DNA of 64,000 bases from Capsulimonadaceae bacterium. GTDB lineage: Bacteria > Armatimonadota > Armatimonadia > Armatimonadales > Capsulimonadaceae. Each line of letters begins with the position of its first letter. The stretch's first letter is position 1. A model generated the notes under the pieces. That model worked only from the letters and a program-made list of their open reading frames with translations. It was not told the DNA's origin and did not search any database. The position numbers and the translations under genes are program-made. Below, in pieces: positions 58,894 to 64,000 of the stretch. The stretch is from NCBI GenBank assembly GCA_965215505.1, contig OZ244065.1, forward strand, positions 3,200,001 through 3,264,000. The letters are read 5' to 3'.

Positions 58894-59205
58894 CTGCAAA
58901 GAGAACTGAATGCCCCTGCTTCCTGCCCGTATTATGACACATTACTCGGGGTGTTGTCGTCAGCACCGGGGCTTGGTACACCCCAGCCCCACGCCCTCCG
59001 GGTCTGCCAGTGTAAAGGCGGGGGTTTCTAGCCGCAGGCTGTATAGCCGTGCCACTCATGGCATGGTTCCGAGAGAGCCGTGAGTGAAATGCAGCAGTCC
59101 CATGTGCCACGCCAATTAGCCTTGACTTCCAGGGGACGAAGCGATATGATTGTGTCAGTAGAGACTCTTGAAGGGCAACATTATCATACACCGGTAAAGC
59201 GTACC

Positions 59206-59406
59206 ATGACCGAAAACGAGCAGCAGTATCATATCACGCAGGGCTGGATACAAAAGTTTACGCAGACGTTGGGCCGCCTCGATGCCCAGCCGGAGGAGGG
59301 CGCTGCCCGGCACCCGCTCTTGCGGAAGGCGGAGCGGGACGGGCTGGAAAGCCAGATCGAGGCGCTGCAACAGGAAGTGCGGCAGTATGAGGCGCTCCGC
59401 CGGTAG
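59206..59406 (+). CDS. Small coiled-coil protein resembling the N-terminal half of XRE-type antitoxins (no HTH)
   Basis: MTENEQQYHIT...LESQIEALQQEVRQYEAL. Confidence 0.55.
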   Translation: MTENEQQYHITQGWIQKFTQTLGRLDAQPEEGAARHPLLRKAERDGLESQIEALQQEVRQYEALRR

Positions 59407-59415
59407 AAAGTGACC

Positions 59416-60642
59416 TCAGCGGCGGGGCAGCATCCGGACGATGAAGGGGGCCTGTTCGGGGCGCAGTTTGCCGTCATCACCGAGGCAGCCGTCGGGGACC
59501 TGGCCGGGGAGGTCGCCCCAAACCCACCAGTCGCCGCTGATGGGCTGCTGGCGGCCCCTGAAGGTCGGGCCGCCGGGGGCCTCGCCGTTCATGTAGGAGA
59601 GCAGGGTTTCGCCCCAAGCCCTGCTGGGGGCGGCTATCATGGAGGAACCCATCTCGCCGATCCAGACCGGGGCGACGTTTTCGGCCACGAGCCAGCCCCA
59701 GGTCTTGTTCATGCGGGCGATGTAGTCCGGGCCGGACTCGGCACCGGGGTAGCCGCCGATCTCCTTGGGGTACTCGTGGACCGAGTAGACCAGCTTGGAG
59801 GGGTCGCGCAGGACGACCGGCAAGGTGCGGACGACCGACAGGTCGCCCTCATAGGCGTTGATCTTGTAGTTGATGACCGACTCGCAGATGATGAGGGCGT
59901 CGGGGTTGACGGCGAGGACGGCATTGCCGACGTCCTGGTACATGGCGCGGATGTCGGTCGGGCCGCCCCCGCCCCATTGGGCGGGCGTCGCGGTGTGGGC
60001 ACACGGCTCGTTGCGGAGGTCGAAGCCGATCACGGTCGGGTTCTTCGCCCAGTGCCGGGCGAACGTCACCCAGTCGTGCTTGAACTTTTCCGCGCTCACC
60101 GTCCCCTTGTCCCCGCCCCCGTCGGTGCCGTCCGTGCCTGGCCCGGTGTCGAACCAAAGGCCATTGGACTGCTGGGCGGCGTTGCCCCAGTTGGCGGGCG
60201 TGGCCTCGTTATTATGGTTGTCGAAGATCACCTTCAGGCCGGTCTTGCCGCAGGCCGCAACAAATTCATCCAGTTGCGCCATCCCTGCGGGGTCGTCCAG
60301 GGTTTTGTCAATCCACTGCACGCGGGCGCAGTTGAAGCCCGCCGCTTTCATGGCGGTGACATGGCCTGGGATACCATGGAACGGCCCGACCAGTTCCATC
60401 CGCCCGCCGACGACGTTCAGGCCGGGCGCCCCGACGCTCGCGATGCGGACGGGGACGCCGTCCGGGCCAACGATCTGGCTGCCGCGCGTGTGGAGGAATC
60501 CCGCCGGGAGCAGGGCCGGGGCGAGTGTGGGCGGCTTGGCGGGTGTGGGTTGGGCGGGGGCGAGGCAGGGAAGCGTCAGCAGACAGAGGGCAGCGAGGAG
60601 TGAGTAGGCCCGTGTGTTACAAGCCCATGTGTTGATATGCAT
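59416..60642 (-). CDS. Glycoside hydrolase family 5
   Basis: Signal peptide, VIFDNH, FDLRNEP, YSVHEY, PVWIGEMG. Confidence 0.9.
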   Translation of the reverse strand: MHINTWACNTRAYSLLAALCLLTLPCLAPAQPTPAKPPTLAPALLPAGFLHTRGSQIVGPDGVPVRIASVGAPGLNVVGGRMELVGPFHGIPGHVTAMKAAGFNCARVQWIDKTLDDPAGMAQLDEFVAACGKTGLKVIFDNHNNEATPANWGNAAQQSNGLWFDTGPGTDGTDGGGDKGTVSAEKFKHDWVTFARHWAKNPTVIGFDLRNEPCAHTATPAQWGGGGPTDIRAMYQDVGNAVLAVNPDALIICESVINYKINAYEGDLSVVRTLPVVLRDPSKLVYSVHEYPKEIGGYPGAESGPDYIARMNKTWGWLVAENVAPVWIGEMGSSMIAAPSRAWGETLLSYMNGEAPGGPTFRGRQQPISGDWWVWGDLPGQVPDGCLGDDGKLRPEQAPFIVRMLPRR

Positions 60643-60655
60643 GGTTTTCTCCGTA

Positions 60656-60853
60656 GGGCGAACACAAGCACGAGCGGAAGCACGAGTGATTGAAATCACT
60701 CGCTACCGCCGGACCTGTCCAGGGGACAGCAGAGGGGGACAGCAGAGGGGGACAGCTAATGCGGCACCACCCTGTTCTCGCGTCCCTTGGACGCTTCCCC
60801 TCGCAGCGAGTGAATTCATTCACTCGTGCTTCCGCTCGTGCTTGTGTTCGCCC
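60656..60853. repeat. MITE/REPIN-like element, copy 3 (inverted), with extended arms and internal 13-bp repeats
   Basis: GGGCGAACACAAGCACGAGCGGAAGCACGAGTGA ... TCACTCGTGCTTCCGCTCGTGCTTGTGTTCGCCC. Confidence 0.8.
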
Positions 60854-61740
60854 TCTTTATCATGGTTCCCCGACAGCATCTCCCGGAACGCCCGCCCCGC
60901 CCGGCTCTCGTGCGCGCCGCGCCGGGTCAGCCGGTGCAGGGGGCGATTCAAGGTGAGGTCGAAGAGCGGCAGGAGAGCCAGGCGGCCCGTTTCCAGTTCC
61001 AGGCCCAGGGCGAGCCGGGACACGACGGCAAGGCCCGCCCCGGCGGCGACGGCGCGCTTGATGGCCTCGGTACTGCCCAGCGACATGAGCGGCTGAACCG
61101 TCAGGCCCAGGGCGGCCAGGGCACGTTCCAGGACGGCGCGGGTTCCCGACCCCGGCTCGCGCAGGATTAAAGGCTCCCCGAGGAGGTGGGCGGCGGTGAC
61201 GGGGGCTTGTGCCAGGAGCGGATGGTTTGGCGGCGCGATGGCGACCAGCTCATCGTGGGCGAAGACGGCGGCATCGAGGTCTGGGTCGTCGGCGAAGCCT
61301 TCGGTCAGGGCAAGGTCTAAGCGGCCGTCCCGCAGCATCTTCTGGATGTTCTCGGTGTTCCCGATCTCCAAAGTCAGGGCGATGTGGGGGGAGCGGCGGC
61401 TGTACTCGGCCAGCAGCTCGGGCATCAGGTAAGCCCCTACGGTCAGGCTGGCCCCGAGGGTCAGGCTGCCGCGCGCCAAGCCCTGAAGTTCGGCCATCGC
61501 CTGCCCGGCCTCGCGTTCCAGCGCGGACAGGCGGCGGGCATAGCCGAGCAGCAGGTGGCCCGCCTCGGTCAGCCGGACGCCTTTCGGCAGGCGGTCGAAG
61601 AGTTTCGCCCGGAGGGAAGCCTCCAGGACGCCGAGCTGCTTGGAGACGGCGGGCTGGCTGATGCAGAGCCGGTCCGCGCCCCGGCTGACGCTGCCCTCCT
61701 CGGCGACGGCGAGGAAGATCATCAGGTGGTTGTAGTTCAT
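60820..61740 (-). CDS. LysR family regulator (CysL-like)
   Basis: EEGSVSRGADRLCISQPAVSKQ, LILREPGSGTR, STEAIKRAV. Confidence 0.93.
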   Translation of the reverse strand: MNYNHLMIFLAVAEEGSVSRGADRLCISQPAVSKQLGVLEASLRAKLFDRLPKGVRLTEAGHLLLGYARRLSALEREAGQAMAELQGLARGSLTLGASLTVGAYLMPELLAEYSRRSPHIALTLEIGNTENIQKMLRDGRLDLALTEGFADDPDLDAAVFAHDELVAIAPPNHPLLAQAPVTAAHLLGEPLILREPGSGTRAVLERALAALGLTVQPLMSLGSTEAIKRAVAAGAGLAVVSRLALGLELETGRLALLPLFDLTLNRPLHRLTRRGAHESRAGRAFREMLSGNHDKEGEHKHERKHE

Positions 61741-61756
61741 AGGGCGCGGGCCGGGT

Positions 61757-62203
61757 TCACTTCTTCTGCATCAGCAGGACGCTGACCAGCAGGCCCAAAG
61801 CGCCTGCGATGCGCCAGGGGTTCAAGGGGACGCGCGGGACGCCGAGCCAGCCGAAGTGGTCGATGACGACGGCGGCGGTGAGCTGGCCGAAGACGGTGGC
61901 GGCGATGACGATCCCCGCGCTGACCTTGGGGATGCCGATCAGCCCGACGGTGACGGCAAAGGCACCCAGCAGGCCGCCGCCGAGCCAGACCCACCAGTGG
62001 GTCTTCAGAAGCTCCGAGGGCTTCCCGTGGCCCAGGACGCCGAAGGCGGAGAGGGCACCGAGGAGGACGACGCCCACAGTGAACGAGATCAGAGCGCCGA
62101 GCATCGGCGACTTGACGGCGGAACGTAATTGCGCGTTCAGGGCGTCCTGGACGGGCAGGCCCATGCCCGACAGGGCGAGCAGGGCGATCAACAGATACTG
62201 CAA
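61757..62203 (-). CDS. DMT family transporter (YdcZ/DUF606-like)
   Basis: QDALNAQL, WWVWLGGGLLG, GQL...IDHFGW. Confidence 0.88.
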   Translation of the reverse strand: MQYLLIALLALSGMGLPVQDALNAQLRSAVKSPMLGALISFTVGVVLLGALSAFGVLGHGKPSELLKTHWWVWLGGGLLGAFAVTVGLIGIPKVSAGIVIAATVFGQLTAAVVIDHFGWLGVPRVPLNPWRIAGALGLLVSVLLMQKK

Positions 62204-62280
62204 ACACTTACCTCTGGCCGCACCCGCGTCGGCCGGCCCGCGCTATATACGGGCAAACGGGCGGTGGCGTTTCTGGCGCT

Positions 62281-62727
62281 CTACTTTTTGTGCTGCACCA
62301 GCAGGACGCCCGCAAAGACGAGGGCGACGCCCAGGACGCGCCAGATGTTAATCGGGGCGCGCGGGACGCCGAGCCAGCCGAAGGAGTCCAGGGCCAGGGC
62401 GCAGGCGAGCTGGCCGGCCACGGCGCAGGCGATCACCACGGCGGCCCCGACGCGCGGCACACCGATGACCGAGAGGGTCACATAGAAGGCCCCGAACAGG
62501 CCACCAAGCCACATCCACCAGGGGCTGCCGGCAAGCCCCGTTAGCCGCCCGCGCCCGAACAGCCCTACCGAAGCGGCGACGGCCAGCGGGAGGGACCCGA
62601 CCAGGAACGAGATCAGGGCGCTCAGGACCGGGGAGCCGACCGCCTCCCGCAGCCGCGCGTTGACGGCGGCCTGCAAGGTCAGCCCGGACCCGGCCAGGAT
62701 CAGAAGGAACACGAGTAGGATTTGCAC
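62281..62727 (-). CDS. DMT family transporter (YdcZ/DUF606-like), tandem paralog
   Basis: QAAVNARL, WWMWLGGLFG, GQL...LDSFGW. Confidence 0.88.
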   Translation of the reverse strand: MQILLVFLLILAGSGLTLQAAVNARLREAVGSPVLSALISFLVGSLPLAVAASVGLFGRGRLTGLAGSPWWMWLGGLFGAFYVTLSVIGVPRVGAAVVIACAVAGQLACALALDSFGWLGVPRAPINIWRVLGVALVFAGVLLVQHKK

Positions 62728-62830
62728 GGGGGCAGTATACCCCGTTTGGCGCAGGCAGGATTCCAGGCCCCCGCCGTCGAACAAGACACCGCCCGCCTGT
62801 CCCTATTGCGCCGAATGGAGAACAGCACAC

Positions 62831-64000
62831 TTGAACGAGGCTGCGCCGCCCGTCCCCGAAGCCGTCCGCCCACAGCAGGGCGCGAGCCTGCCCAAGTCCC
62901 CGCCCCAATGGCGGGCCATCCTCATCGGGCTGCTGCTGATCCCCGTCTCCACCTACTACGGCAACTACGCCTACGTCGTCGTCCAGGCCATGCTGTGGGG
63001 GCAGACCTCGCTGCTGCGCGGGCCGGTGTTTCTGCTGTTCGTGCTGACACTGGCAAATCTCCTGTTCCGTAAGGTGACGCGGCGGGCCGGTCTGCGGCCT
63101 TCGGAGATGCTGGTCATCTATTCCATGATCGCCGTCTCGGTCTGCGTCTCGGGCTTCGGGCAGGTGCAGTGGCTCGTCAACATCCTGCCCGCCGGGGACC
63201 ACTTCGCCAACCAGGCGAACCACTACGACCAGTTTCTATTCTATCTGCCTCCGTACCTCATCCCGCACGACCCACAGGTCATCCAGGACTTCTACCGGGG
63301 CGGCAGGACGATGTACCGCCCGGACATACTGAGGGACTGGGCGACGCCCGTTCTCGTGTGGTCTGCCTTCCTGTTCGTCCTGTGCTGGGTGACACTGTGC
63401 CTGACCTCGCTGTTCCGAAGGCAGTGGACGGACGACGAAAAGCTGACCTTCCCCCTGGTCCACCTGCCCCTCCAGATGGCTAACGGGGCGGCGGGCCGGA
63501 CGCCGTTCTACTCCAACCGCCTGATGTGGGGCGGGTTCGTGTTCGCGGGCCTGCTGGAGTCCATCAACTACATCAACTTCTTCTTCCCGGCCTTCCCGCA
63601 CGTCGCCATCAAGCCGAGCGACTGGCACATGGAGAACTCGATTGTCGTCCACCCGTGGAGCAGCGTGGGAACTTTAACGCTGGCCTTCTACCCGTTCGCC
63701 ATCGGGATCGCCTTCCTGCTCTCGCGCGAGGTCGCCTTCTCCTGCTGGTTCTTCTATTTGCTGACGCGCATCGAGAACGTCGCGGCGGCGGCTTTCGGGC
63801 TGAACGAGGGCGGCGGGACCGGGCTGCACGCCAAAGCGCCGTTCCTGGGCGAGCAGGGCGTCGGGGCCTTCCTCGCGCTCGGCCTGTTCCTGCTCTGGCG
63901 CGCGAAGGGGCCGCTCACCTTGGCCCTGCGGTCGGCCTGGGATGCGCGATTGGCAGCCCAGGCGGACGACCCGCACGCGCCGATCTCGCCGCGCGTCGCC
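62831..64000 (+). CDS. Polytopic membrane protein, DUF6785-like (runs off window)
   Basis: Manual translation from TTG after GGAG: WRAILIGLLLIP...SEMLVIYSM...RKQWTDDEKLTFPLVHLP; open to the window end. Confidence 0.75.
   Translation, partial: MNEAAPPVPEAVRPQQGASLPKSPPQWRAILIGLLLIPVSTYYGNYAYVVVQAMLWGQTSLLRGPVFLLFVLTLANLLFRKVTRRAGLRPSEMLVIYSMIAVSVCVSGFGQVQWLVNILPAGDHFANQANHYDQFLFYLPPYLIPHDPQVIQDFYRGGRTMYRPDILRDWATPVLVWSAFLFVLCWVTLCLTSLFRRQWTDDEKLTFPLVHLPLQMANGAAGRTPFYSNRLMWGGFVFAGLLESINYINFFFPAFPHVAIKPSDWHMENSIVVHPWSSVGTLTLAFYPFAIGIAFLLSREVAFSCWFFYLLTRIENVAAAAFGLNEGGGTGLHAKAPFLGEQGVGAFLALGLFLLWRAKGPLTLALRSAWDARLAAQADDPHAPISPRVA

Overview
High-GC bacterial chromosomal window. PEP-CTERM proteins and a DUF6785-like membrane protein suggest Armatimonadota or a similar lineage (inference). 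Core genes: dnaE, ruvC, rnz, dacB, smc (with a LAGLIDADG intein in its Walker A motif), and a ~12 kb respiratory operon joining a Rieske/split cytochrome b complex, a pentaheme cytochrome c and a cbb3 oxidase. Accessory content: an NrtR-controlled ADP-ribose cluster (NADAR, DUF4291, ADP-ribosylglycohydrolase), a BsuBI/PstI-like RM locus broken by an IS630-like remnant, a DpnII-type methylase joined to a MutH/Sau3AI nuclease across a G10 tract, a Fic protein, a HEPN module sitting at the smc 3' end, and several REP/MITE families. The most striking unannotated feature is a ~380 nt minus-strand non-coding RNA (7945-8325) with its own promoter and terminator. It holds two tandem, circularly permuted tRNA-like domains (T-arm, closed acceptor stem, D-arm) separated by hexamer-periodic linkers. 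It lies just downstream of a conserved hypothetical helical protein and between two paralogous AAA+ ATPases, with no Ro60/TROVE gene in the window. It is a candidate undescribed ribonucleoprotein system. All family calls come from motif recognition, not database searches.
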